In this document: positions 1-10,449 of the stretch, in pieces
Position numbering within the stretch: the first letter of the stretch is position 1
Layout of the letters: the number at the start of each line of letters is the position of its first letter
The notes under the pieces: generated by a model
Seen by the model: only the letters and a program-made list of their open reading frames with translations
Databases searched by the model: none
What the model was told of the DNA's origin: nothing
Origin: Spongospora subterranea f. sp. subterranea
Lineage: Eukaryota
DNA length: 23,308 nucleotides
Assembly: GCA_049724395.1 (NCBI GenBank)
Contig: JAUGWO010000103.1
Span: 62,001 to 85,308 of the forward strand
Direction: 5' to 3'
Made by a program: the position numbers and the translations under genes

Positions 1-243
1 GTTCCTCACGTAGTGACATCGAGAACAAATGCCAATCGATTTCCTTTACCTGCAGCCACTTCTGCTCATATTCAGCCAGATGCCGACTGATGTTGCGCTC
101 AAGGAGTGATATATTTTCCTCAAACTCGTCCCTCATCAAAGGATCGACGTAATCCAAAGTTTTCATTGTCACGATCAATCCCGTTAGCTGCGGAATTGAC
201 TGCATGAGATTGTTGGAGATTGATGTTAAACTCCCGAAAAAGA
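1..243 (-). CDS. Probable exon of an unidentified gene running off the left edge (partial)
   Basis: Stop-free 80-codon frame from 241 to the window edge (FFGSLTSISNNLMQSIPQLTGLIVTMKTLDYVDPLMRDEFEENISLLERNISRHLAEYEQKWLQ...). It is preceded by a branch-point/acceptor-like CTAATTGTCTGTAG (AG at 245-244). Upstream exon(s) are unresolved and no family is recognised. Confidence 0.35.
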
Positions 244-1046
244 CTACAGACAATTAGTTCCAAACGCTGAAAAAGGAAAACGACGCAACCATACTGAGAT
301 ATCTTGTGGATAGTCGGTTCGCCAATGAGTTGAGCTTCCAGTTCCCATTTGCAGATGAGACGGCAGCATTCTTCGCAATAATAATGGGAACGAATTACGA
401 CGGGGATATGAGATGATTGGGGAAGTATGAAGGACAAGCAGCTGGGGCAAAAATTATCGCCACACCTAAATACACAATCAGCGATGAAATAGGTGCCCCA
501 CTAAGACCGTGCAAGCTAAACAAGCCAACTGAACAAACAAATGACAATGAAATTAATAACCTTGAATAGATAACTTCTATAAAGCATCAAGAAATATAAA
601 CCAGGGTCATTGATCGAAGCAGCAAGAGAGCTTTCACTCAAGCACAAATTCCTGTTCTTAATTTTAAACACACATACGCTGGACATGGTCGCGCCGCCGA
701 ACCGAAAAATGGAGAAAGTTTTTTGCGACATGCAGTGCAGGTATTGTTAATTCTAGAATTTCCTGTGGCCCGCGACAAATTCATGAAAGCACGAACAAAC
801 GGGTTATCGGTAGAAGACGATGATTTTGGCGACAACTGTAAATCAAATATTAAGGAAGGAACGATAGAACCGTGATTGCAACGAAGCGAAAAACCATAAA
901 GCAAGCTATCGAAGATCTTGATAAAATAAATTTATGCTTGAAACAGAACATAACACCAAAATAATTTGAAAGATACTCTAAACAACGACTTTTCGAGTGC
1001 GAGCATAGCAGATGGAGTATCACATTAGCACGATGAAGTAACACAC

Positions 1047-1062
1047 TATATATATATATATA
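1047..1062. repeat. (TA)8 microsatellite
   Basis: Direct reading: TATATATATATATATA. Confidence 0.9.
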
Positions 1063-1074
1063 CCATTAATTGGT

Positions 1075-1857
1075 TCAACAGCTGTAATTGTTGGTTAGAT
1101 TTGAGACGATCGGGATGGCGGTCACGACGTAAAGAGTCGAATTCAACAGTAAGATTACGTGAAACAAGTGCACGGCTGGGTTGCATATTGACCTCGCTCT
1201 GAACGGATGGATGCTGATACGTCGTGGCGACATTCCCCATATTCTATCTGGTCCGGTAAGACCAGCTATCGGCCGTTCATCTATTGGTATAGAGACATCA
1301 GGGTCGACTGACCCGTCTTGCACATTCTGGTGAATACCGTGTTTCCAGACTGTTCCAAATTCCAACTACGCAAAAAACAACTTGCGAAAATGGGTCCCAG
1401 TGCAACCCGTCATATTTGCTCGTCCGTCTCGATTGGAAAAATCATCGGTTTCATCAAAAAAATCTGATTTTTAGATTGATTCACCGCGACAAAGTGCGGC
1501 GCTCAACAGTTTGATATATCTTGACATGTCTTCAATGAAACTTGTATATCTTTCCTCATACGTATCGATATCGGTCCGGCACAGCGAAGCAAATAATGAA
1601 TGAATCTATTGTGAGAATGCGACCACAGGATCATCATACTGTAGTCCTTGATCTTCGTACAATCTTTGGAAGGGCCCAAACTTTGCCCTCACAACCTCGT
1701 CTTTTTTTTCTCCCATCTCGCGACTTTGCTCGATACTTAAAATCTGATGATTTTGTTCCATCAGAAAGTAGCGCCGACAAGTCTGGCTGGAAACAGGTCT
1801 CAAATGTGTGACCATCCGTTGGATTGTTCGCATGGATGTTCTAATTGGCCGAGCCAA
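1075..1857 (-). pseudogene. Degraded reading frame of unknown family
   Basis: ORFs 1606-1857 and 1075-1365 share one frame. The 261-codon span has only three internal stops (TAG 1608-1606, TAA 1473-1471, TAG 1368-1366). No recognisable motif. Confidence 0.3.
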
Positions 1858-1989
1858 GGCTGTACGTTAGGTCAGGCCACAGCCGTTGCCGCTTGTTAAA
1901 TGCTGCACAATCTACCTTAGCACAAGTTCAGTTCTGAATCGAAAAAATATAAAAATAGTCTTGAATTAATGGTAAACCTGCAACAGTGG

Positions 1990-2970
1990 TTATCGATTGC
2001 CAAGCGAATAATGGGAAGGTAAAGTAGCAGCATGTGGCATTGGCACCTCCATCAGAGCCCGAAATTTCACATCATGACCTTTCATAAAATTGGCGTGAAC
2101 AATAGTTGGCCCAGCGGGATGCAACGTCCAGTTATATTTGTAGAAATACTCGGCTCCCGAAGGAAATTCGCCCTGTGGTAATTCCATGCATTGCAAGTCT
2201 GTAGTTGCTAAAACTTTGTGAATTATTTTGTCCAACGCATACTGGTCCTCGTCAACGGACTCCAGATCAATTTGTGCTGCCCAAAAACGCAGCAGCTTCA
2301 AACACGCCGGTCTGGGCCGCATGTAAATCATACCCGTGCACCAAAGGTCAGGACGATCTTTTGCCATGAGCATATCCACTTTTGCATCGACCAGGTACTT
2401 GGCAAAGTCATCAAATGGGTTGCGACGATACGCCGTATCAATATCGCAATAAAAAACCGAATATCCCAATCCTAGAATCCATTCTAAAAATCGTGGGCGA
2501 GACGAAGTCAGTCGGCGGAAATTATCAGTGCCAAAAACGCCCTCGGTTACTTTTCCGTCGAAGATAAAGGTTTGGGTGGGGAAGCGATCGATAAGAATGT
2601 CATATGCACGTTGATCAAGAGCAATGATTACCACGTTGCGAACGTTGACTGCTTGAGCACGTGAGTAGAATAAATCGAAAACGTCAATATATCCAAGGGC
2701 AACTCCAACAACAGTTAGCTGGTTGTCGTCGTCAACGATCTGGTCAAGTTGCGCTCTTGTTGGGCCATCCGACCAAGCTGGGGTCTCGAACATCATGTGA
2801 TGAATAGGAAATGATGCGTTTATGTGGCGATACATCCAGGACGAGAACAATATGAAAAAAAACGTCGTTACGTATTGTGTTCTGATGTGTTTCTTGTAGA
2901 ATCGCTGCGCAGCTTTCATGAAAACATCGTCTCTCCATGGTGGCCAACTTGAGACGCCAAATTTAAACAT
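1990..2970 (-). CDS. Nucleotide-diphospho-sugar transferase (CAZy GT77-like, GT-A fold), type II membrane glycosyltransferase
   Basis: Single long ORF with an N-terminal signal-anchor (YVTTFFFILFSSWMY) and the motifs 'VVIIALD', 'RPRFLEWILGLGYSVFYCDID' (DxD), 'CTGMIYMRP', 'DQYAL', 'LPQGEFPSG' and 'IVHANF', typical of the Nucleotid_trans family. Start uncertain: ATG 2970 or 2919 preferred; the ORF is open to 3162. Confidence 0.85.
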   Translation of the reverse strand: MFKFGVSSWPPWRDDVFMKAAQRFYKKHIRTQYVTTFFFILFSSWMYRHINASFPIHHMMFETPAWSDGPTRAQLDQIVDDDNQLTVVGVALGYIDVFDLFYSRAQAVNVRNVVIIALDQRAYDILIDRFPTQTFIFDGKVTEGVFGTDNFRRLTSSRPRFLEWILGLGYSVFYCDIDTAYRRNPFDDFAKYLVDAKVDMLMAKDRPDLWCTGMIYMRPRPACLKLLRFWAAQIDLESVDEDQYALDKIIHKVLATTDLQCMELPQGEFPSGAEYFYKYNWTLHPAGPTIVHANFMKGHDVKFRALMEVPMPHAATLPSHYSLGNR

Positions 2971-4525
2971 TGGAAACGGATTTCGAGAATTCAGATTTTG
3001 GTCTTGAACGGCGACATAGATGGACCAAGATATAAATATGTTGAACTTGGTGGATGAGGGCTGCATCAGCTGGCCAGTCACAGACTCACGTCTACCCGCT
3101 CTTTCTACTGGCAATGATAAATATGACCAAGATGCAACGATTATACGATCAGAGATACACATACCGATTACGGGATTGGTGGATTAATTCAGTGACTCCT
3201 TTTATTTGACGTACATCAATGAAACAATCATGCCTTGTTTATAATTGAGTGGGTTCCGGACATGGAGCTGAGTTTTTCTGAACTATACGAGTTGTCACTT
3301 TAATAAGATTGACGCTTGTGATGTTCGACATATGAAGTTTTGAAACCGTTGGTACGCCCGTGTCTTCCTTCAAGAGTTCGTACCCATTTGAGGCTAGATT
3401 GTCGGGAGACCACTGGACTAAAAAATGGGGCACATCCGATTGTCTGAGAGTGCCGCAACCTGATTAGGTAATTTTCGTCGTCGATCTAAGAGAACGCCGT
3501 GTTCCGACTCAACATCATTTTGCAAAACGGAGAAACCTGGAAATGCAAAATGCCTAACACTGAGTTAAACTTGCGATAAAAGCTAAAAACGTGCTGAGCT
3601 CCATTGTTGGTCTGCTGGTTCAGGTTCGATCATCCAACAAACCAATACGCATATTGCGATGATTAAATACTGTCGTTGAAATCCATTTATTGTTTTGTGT
3701 AAAACAGACTATGCGCTATGACAGTTCAAGCGCAACGTTGAGAAGTAAAGCCGATGGTGTTAACGCAGTTCGACAAAGATGATTTCGTGCTGACGATAGC
3801 GCCTTCACATCGTCATGCATATCGTGAGACGAGCGTAGATTGAGGGACGCATTCCAACAAGCACAATTTTATGATATGCATTGAATTGTTAGTGATATAA
3901 GACTGCAATGCATCCGCCCACATTAAAAACTTACCATCATTGTGGCTAAATAAATATTCTTGCTCCTCCGCCCGTCTTTTTTCAGAGAATCAGGATGCAA
4001 AGCAAGTAAATCTTGAATTGCTTACTGTTTCAATGATACAGATTGAATTCTTTGGATGTTGCCTGCGCTGGCAAGTTGGCAACATTACTGTTTCCGCAGT
4101 ACCTTCGCCAAAGCGACTCTCATCTAACATATAATCTAACTAGTCATGCCAAGACAGCGTTCGTAAACGGTTCTTTTTCTTTTGTGGACAATGGCAAAAT
4201 CTGGGATTTCCACCAGAGACCACTTTTTGGACAAACACAGTTCTTAAGATCATCTTCAAGGTCGTTTGTTCCCAATTTTTAACTGAAATTCATGACACGA
4301 ATCAGAACCTGCGACTGATTCACCATTTCGTTAAGTCTGAAGAGTATTTTTGGTCACGATCAAGTTGATCATTGAATAACCATTATCGGCAGTATCACCA
4401 ATTCCATACGCAATGATAAAACAGAGCAAATGAACTAGACATTGATAATTGTAAACGACATTGTCAACGACTCAATCTCCTGGGAGCCACTTGTACAAAA
4501 ACCGAATGCCAGTTTATGCTAAAAA

Positions 4526-4958
4526 TTATTTTTTTTCAAATTCTTCAAATGGGTTGAATGTTAGCGTACGGGGAACAACTGGCTTCCAGGAAGCAGGGTC
4601 CAGAGATTTAATGTAGAAATAGAAGCCCGCGACAACCGAAGCCATCGTTCCCAAAAGAGCTAATGCAGGAATATGAGCTACGTTTTCGTGCAAATCGAGT
4701 GCTGGTTCAGGAGCTACACCATCGTCCCACGTAAACTCAAAATCTTGTGATAACTTGAAGCAAGCCACGTCAGAAACATTTGAGCCACAGGCACAGAGAC
4801 ACGAAATTACAAACCGGTTTGTCGACTGGTGGCTGTGCAGGGAATAACTGGCGAAAAGGGTGCTGTTGCAAATGCTGTCCACCTACCCCACCTTCCTGCG
4901 TGGCAGCAAAGCGACGATGGGCAACCGAACGTATCCGATTGCAAGTGTGTCTAAACAT
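4526..4958 (-). CDS. NDUFB8: Mitochondrial complex I accessory subunit NDUFB8/ASHI (plant/SAR-type), 123 aa, 2 exons
   Basis: Exons 4958-4815 and 4753-4526; 61-nt GT...AG intron, phase 0. Arg-rich, acid-free presequence (MFRHTCNRIRSVAHRRFA), then 'QPPVDKPLSQDFEFTWDDGVAPEPALD', one TM helix and 'DPASWKPVVPR', matching the NDUFB8 pattern as I recall it. Confidence 0.8.
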
Positions 4959-5330
4959 CGCTTTTTGACAAAGTTGAGAGTCTTGAGACCCGGACAACAG
5001 TGACACTTAATTTGATGTTCACTCTAGTGCACATAATGAAGTATTCCTCTGACATATGCGCGAACCTGAAGACTGCAGTCTCTTGAAAAGCTTCAACGAT
5101 TGCTGCAGATGGCAGAACCTGACTGACACAAGTTCCAAAATAGGGTACCTAGAACTGTCCCACTTTTATCATCTGACCACTTCTTCGTTTTTTCTTAACT
5201 TATGGATCGAAACTGTATTGAAATTTAGTTTATCGGTTGCGCAAACAGCAAAATTCAAGACTTTCGGCAACGATATCGACGATTTCAACTGGACAAGGAC
5301 ACTTTATTTCTCTCTGAATCTGGCCCTTTA

Positions 5331-5591
5331 TGTCAGTAGGCGCAACCCATGAGGCACCTTTTCTCTATTGCACTAAGACACACTGTGCCGTGGAAACCGA
5401 ACTGAGCTAACCTCAGTTTGGTTAACGCCGTTGTTAAATCAAATTCTGTGTTGTTGGTCCCCGCCCCTAGTTCCTTAGTCTCCGCTCCCGCTCCAGTTCC
5501 CGTCCTCGCCCTAGTCCCCGTCTCTCGCCCCTAGTTTCGCCCTCGCCTCCAGTTTCCGTCCGTGTTCGTCCCCCCGACTTAATTCATAACA
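5331..5591 (+). mobile_element. Solo LTR (261 bp) of an LTR retrotransposon
   Basis: Begins TGTCA and ends TAACA. Flanked by an identical 5-bp TSD CTTTA (5326-5330 and 5592-5596). Internal hairpin at 5395-5423 and a C-rich degenerate repeat tract at ~5460-5575. Strand inferred from layout shared with the LTR at 18962-19142. Confidence 0.85.
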
Positions 5592-7000
5592 CTTTAGATG
5601 TCTGTTTTGACGAATTATTGAAGATCGAGTAAGGCTTCATTCAAAAACACTACAGTATCAATATGGAAATTCGCAATTCGAAATGGAACAATGTATCGTT
5701 TTCATGTTCGATCTCGTTCTGAATATCTTTTGCAACGTCGAGGATCGATTTTGCCACAGCAGAGCGATTTGATGCAGCTGTCCACGCGTTTCCGCCAGGT
5801 TCACGTTGCCAATGAGAAACTTGTCTTGATGATGGATCAACCGTCGTCGTTTGCTTGCAATCAGACCAACAAGGTCAACTTTCTGTGCGCATCAATCGTA
5901 AGGGGTCATGTTGTCGACACAGACAGGGATTGCTAGATTTTCTCGAACCCAGCAACAAGCTTATTGTTTTGCAAACCGAAATATACGCTACCTTGGCGCA
6001 ATCAAGTTCTTGACGGATTTTAGAATTAAACATTCACTGGTGCACATTTCACTGCCGGATATGTATCCTAGCAGCACTCAGCAGCAAAGAGCTCCAGAGT
6101 ACCGGAAGGACATTTCCTAACCTGACAACCAATAGTCTAAATCAACAACTGGATTACTTGTTAAAGCATGCCTGAGGAAACCGAACCCAAAGCGTTTATA
6201 TTGCGGAGGAGGATGATTGCTAGAAGCGTTACACGAAAAATGTGGAAAAAACGAGATTGCATCAGCGCCGATAAAGCCAAAACATAGAGTGTATCTCCTA
6301 CGTCGCGGCTGATCCACGTCGTGTCATTCATGCTTGATAGGGAATGTTTAATCACACTGGAGTCGAATCCCGTTCTTGCTCAGTTGAAATGAGCTAGAAA
6401 CGACACGGCTGACGACAGCACTTCAAGGTCTGTGATTCCTCCAAAGTTACAGCTGCAGCGAATGATCAACCGATTCACATATTGATATAATAATGATTGA
6501 CCCATGTCAATGGATGTTGCAAAAGTCTTCAAGGAATGGATAAGTGCAGAATTATTCGGTGTATCTACTCCCTGAATTATTGCACTAGCAACAAAACAAA
6601 AACCATTTATTGCATTGTTCAAAAGGCGTTCGAAAAAGGCGGAGCACGACATTCGAATGGAGCAGAAACGATTGGGACAGGGTATTAGCAAGTGGAGTAG
6701 GCAGAACGCCTTGCGTTAGCGGAGTTAGAGGATGACCAACTGATAAATATACAGTACACTTGACAATTGGGGCAGAATAATTATGTGCGGTCAACGCGTG
6801 GGCAAACAACATGGGCAAACAACACCACCGTCCACCGACTTGTGAGTGAACCCACAAAATGGTACAGTACAGTGACGAAAGGTTACGAAGCTTTCACCAA
6901 CGCCCCGCGCAGTTCTTGAAGTCGCAGATTGTATTTTGCGCGAGACTGGCTACACCAGCATCGGTAAATTTGAATTTCTTAACAACCTGCCGCCAGTAAC

Positions 7001-7508
7001 ATGTTCGATAAGGTAGCGGACAGCAGCGAACCAAGAAAATTCTCCTTCATGGAGCCAAGTTCCAGTGTCGCCACCGAATCCACATTATTACCAACGAGGT
7101 TGATATATAATGAATGCCCACTATCTGAAAGAAAGTCAGGATTCAGTGTTGTTGTCATGCCGCTTGTTTCTCCATTTGATGTTTTTGTTTAGGACGATAT
7201 ATGCCAATTTAAGTGAAATCCAGTCCCAGAGATACGAGGCATTTTACAGGTCAAGGTTGGCGCCATCGCATGTCATCATGGTGATGCAGAGCTCGCTGCG
7301 AACCTCTCGAAAACCGTCATCGCTGGTTAGCATTGTTATGAGTGGGATCTGCAAAATTTTTCTATCGGAACTGATGCGGAAGTCGATTGAAATTCAATCT
7401 GAATGGGGTCACTATGGTGGTATCCGACCGATTCATATAAGAGAGGCATATAGGCGCCTTCACGTGTCACGCACCAGTAAGCGCAGGAGGGAGCTTTTTC
7501 TTAGATAG
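7001..7508 (+). CDS. TAF11: TFIID subunit TAF11 (TAFII28-type histone fold), ~137 aa, 2 exons
   Basis: Exons 7001-7098 and 7193-7508; 94-nt GT...TTTAG intron, phase 2. Motifs 'QSQRYEAFYRSRL', 'IVMSGICKIFLSELM' and 'IRPIHIREAYRRL' match TAF11. An alternative ATG lies at 7049. Confidence 0.85.
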
Positions 7509-8520
7509 CGACACATATTTAATATATATTCAAAATATACAAGTCGAACAGCATTCAGCGCATCAAATCTGTGCTTCCTTGAATTTTGGTATACTGCACC
7601 CGCCGCCGCTGCGATCTATCAACTATCCACTCAATGACTGGCTCTGCGCAAGCGATCAACAAAAGTCAGTTCGAGCTCTGTCGACGATGGAACCAGGCGG
7701 AATGCTGCAAATTGCACTATCATGTCTGGGTTTCAAACGAGGCTGATTTCAAGATACGAAAAAGCGCCTAATTTTTCAATGTAATAATCTTTTTCCAGCA
7801 AAAGTGGTGTATCGTGGCGTTCATTTTTTTTATTGACCTCTCATACTAGACGAAGTCGATCAAATCTAAAAACAAAGTTTATTATAGCGGGGGTGACCTT
7901 TTGTTTTGAGCAATGAGACTCAAGACGATATTTTCCTAGTTTTTACTATACCTCTGACACTGGTATTCATTATTCCCAGTGATTGCAAACACAGAATCGT
8001 TGTTTCCCGACATGAAAATTGGAAAGCTGAACGAATGGTTATGGGACCAATGGAAATGCAGCATGGATGAATATAGTTTGAAGAGAGCCCGACGGCTGCA
8101 TGTACCAAGATTCATCTTTTGAGGACAGATGGAAGTTTAAATAATCAGGCGTAAATGCAGTTTGTTGGTTTCGAAAAAAGAAAAAACCTTAATTCTAGGC
8201 ATGATTCTGTATAATAAAGAATTTCTGTTCAATACGCCTTTCTGAATAGCCCGGGCGGTTTGGCAGTCAATAAAACTGACAGCCCTCGTGTAAATAGTTC
8301 AATGGAGGTTGATGACAAAGGCAGTCACCCCATTGCCAGCGACGCAGAGCGAATGACTGTATAGAAAATAAGGGTTCCTCTGTGAGAGTGGCTATGTATC
8401 TATATTGCACTGGCATCGACCCACACAGAAGAAGGATTCCCTTTCTTGGACTGAGATAATTTTTGTCCTTCATATTCTTAGTTGATGCCAATCGACATCG
8501 GTAGGCGCGTGGAACAGCTA

Positions 8521-9519
8521 ATGGCACATACAACGACGGCGACAGTCGCTCCCTCGGCTGTACAAAAGAAGGATGACGGATTGGTGATCCGTCCGTTGGA
8601 GGCTGGGGATTTTGAGCGAGGTTTCATCAAACTGCTTGGCCAGGTAATATGTATCGCCTAATTGAATTATTAATGAAACTGATATAACTTCTGGATAGCT
8701 GACCAATGCAGGAAATGTCACAAAAGAGGTCCTATTCACGTAACAATTCACACTCGCAGCTTATTAATTACCTAGGCATTCCTTGAACGCTTCGCCGAAC
8801 TTAACAGTCTGCCTGATACATATAAGGTGATCGATTTCAGAATTTTAAGTTTCGAATATAAAATTTGGTTTGAGGCCCAGTTGCCGGTCCTAATGGCTCA
8901 ACGCTTTTCTATAATTTGGTCTGAGTTGGTTCGTTTCTGATACCTCAAGGGTTTTCATAAACGTTTGGTGGTACTTATTTTCGTTGTGATTGTACAAATT
9001 CCTAAAATCTTGGATTTTTTATTTTTTGTTCATGCCAGGTTGCTGTTATCATTGACCCTGCAATGAATTGTGTGATTGCCTGTGCAACGCTGTTTATCGA
9101 ACGGAAATTCGTTCATGGGTGTGGAAAAGTTGGTCATGTTGAAGACGTGGTATATATAAATCATCATTCCCATTCGATGTAACTTATTCATTTCAGGTCG
9201 TTGATGCTACGTATCGTAAGTTAATTCTACAGACTCGACTGGTTTTCTTTTGCAGTTCTTGGCAACGATTTCCGTTTACATATGCAATTCCTACATCACA
9301 CTATGTAGACTTTTCTTGCTGTATGACATCTGATATTTGTTGTCTACAGGTGGCCGCAGTCTTGGATTACGTGTTGTAGATCAGCTAAAAACATGGGCGA
9401 ATGAAATGGGCTGCTATAAGATTATCCTGGATTGCGCAGTTCACAATGTCCCATTCTACAATAAGCTCGGATTCGTAAAAAAAGAGGAGCAAATGGCATA
9501 CTATTACGATAAACAGTGA
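8521..9519 (+). CDS. GNA1: Glucosamine-6-phosphate N-acetyltransferase (GNAT family), 6 exons
   Basis: Exons 8521-8643, 8699-8728, 8776-8826, 9039-9149, 9197-9215 and 9350-9519 join in frame at GT-AG introns. Product has 'IRPLEAGDFERGFIKLLGQLT', 'ERKFVHGCGKVGHVEDVVV', 'YRGRSLG', 'GCYKIILDC' and 'FYNKLGF'. Confidence 0.95.
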
Positions 9520-9876
9520 ACCTTTAGCCAACGAATCTTTAGACAACGATTTTATTAATACATCAATGCACAGATAGAATTCTGATTAACAATCAAAAGA
9601 CTGTTTCGTTCATCAATATTTATTGGAAATTTTGAAAAGCAATCGCTTCCAACAAATCGGGATGAGGACGACATTTGTCGTATGTTAATGAATTATGGGT
9701 CGAATTTCGAAGGTATGTAGTAGTAAAATATTACCACATTGGCGACTGGAATAAGCAAAGAATGAAATCCACATAAAAAAAATAAAAACAAGCAAAAACA
9801 AGTGCCTAGTTGAAAATATTGGGTGATAGATCCCAAGAAAAACGATGCCAACGACTGCGATCGCGAAATTAAGGGA

Positions 9877-10449
9877 TTATCGGGGTTTATCAGGCAATGT
9901 TGTGGCAATGATGTCCAATAAAACCAGGATTTCTTCCTCAGTGAAGCGTTCTTCACATTCGTCAATCATGGCATGCAATTCGACCAATGTCACCGGGCGT
10001 AAATCAACAAACTGAATTAACTCCTTCCTAAATTTACGAAATCAATGAACCGCAATTGGATACGCTATGAAAATATGTCGTGAGTATTGAAAGGGGACGA
10101 AATAAACATAAACTGTTCAGCAAGGCATGTTCAACTGTCGACATTACACAGTGAACGCTTTCGAGATAGAAGATTCTAGACGCTGATAAAATAGCTTGAT
10201 ATGTCCAGGCTTCTGTACAGATCCTGGCATTCCATTCATATATCGGCGCACTTCGCCGGAAACCCAATCGCTGCTCTGCAGCTTGAAATGCATTGCCAGC
10301 GATGGATTGGCTTTACGAATCGTCTGGCTCTGCTGTATGGCGATCAGAACTTCGGCATCGGTAAGCAATACGGCCGGCTTTTCTAATCTAAGCACCTCCA
10401 TCAGCACACAACAGTTGATATTGTATTTCAAATCTGCTCACACTTCCAT
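9877..10449 (-). CDS. RPC17: RNA polymerase III subunit RPC17/RPC9 (CRCP; Rpb4-like), 132 aa, 3 exons
   Basis: Exons 10449-10442 (8 nt), 10387-10148 and 10027-9877; GT-AG introns of 54 and 120 nt. Product MEVLEKPAVLLTDAEV...FTVKELIQFVDLRPVTLVELHAMIDECEERFTEEEILVLLDII. An alternative unspliced start is ATG 10401. Confidence 0.88.

Noticed and set aside
1075..1857. Possible TAA/TAG-to-Gln genetic code reassignment
   Set aside because: Intact genes here end at the expected positions with TAA (GT77-like, NDUFB8, RPC17), TAG (TAF11) and TGA (GNA1).
3990..4133. Minus-strand peptide YMLDESRFGEG...ICIIETVSNS resembling the first-Asp region of pogo/Tc1 transposases
   Set aside because: Only ~47 codons, with no convincing downstream DDD motifs or TIRs. 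Needs a profile search.
5597..6900. Several short ORFs that might be exons of an unrecognised gene
   Set aside because: I could not build a consistent splice model or find any recognisable motif.
1990..9519. GT77-like gene and GNA1 as a sugar-metabolism gene cluster
   Set aside because: They are separated by unrelated housekeeping genes, and GNA1 is a universal core enzyme.
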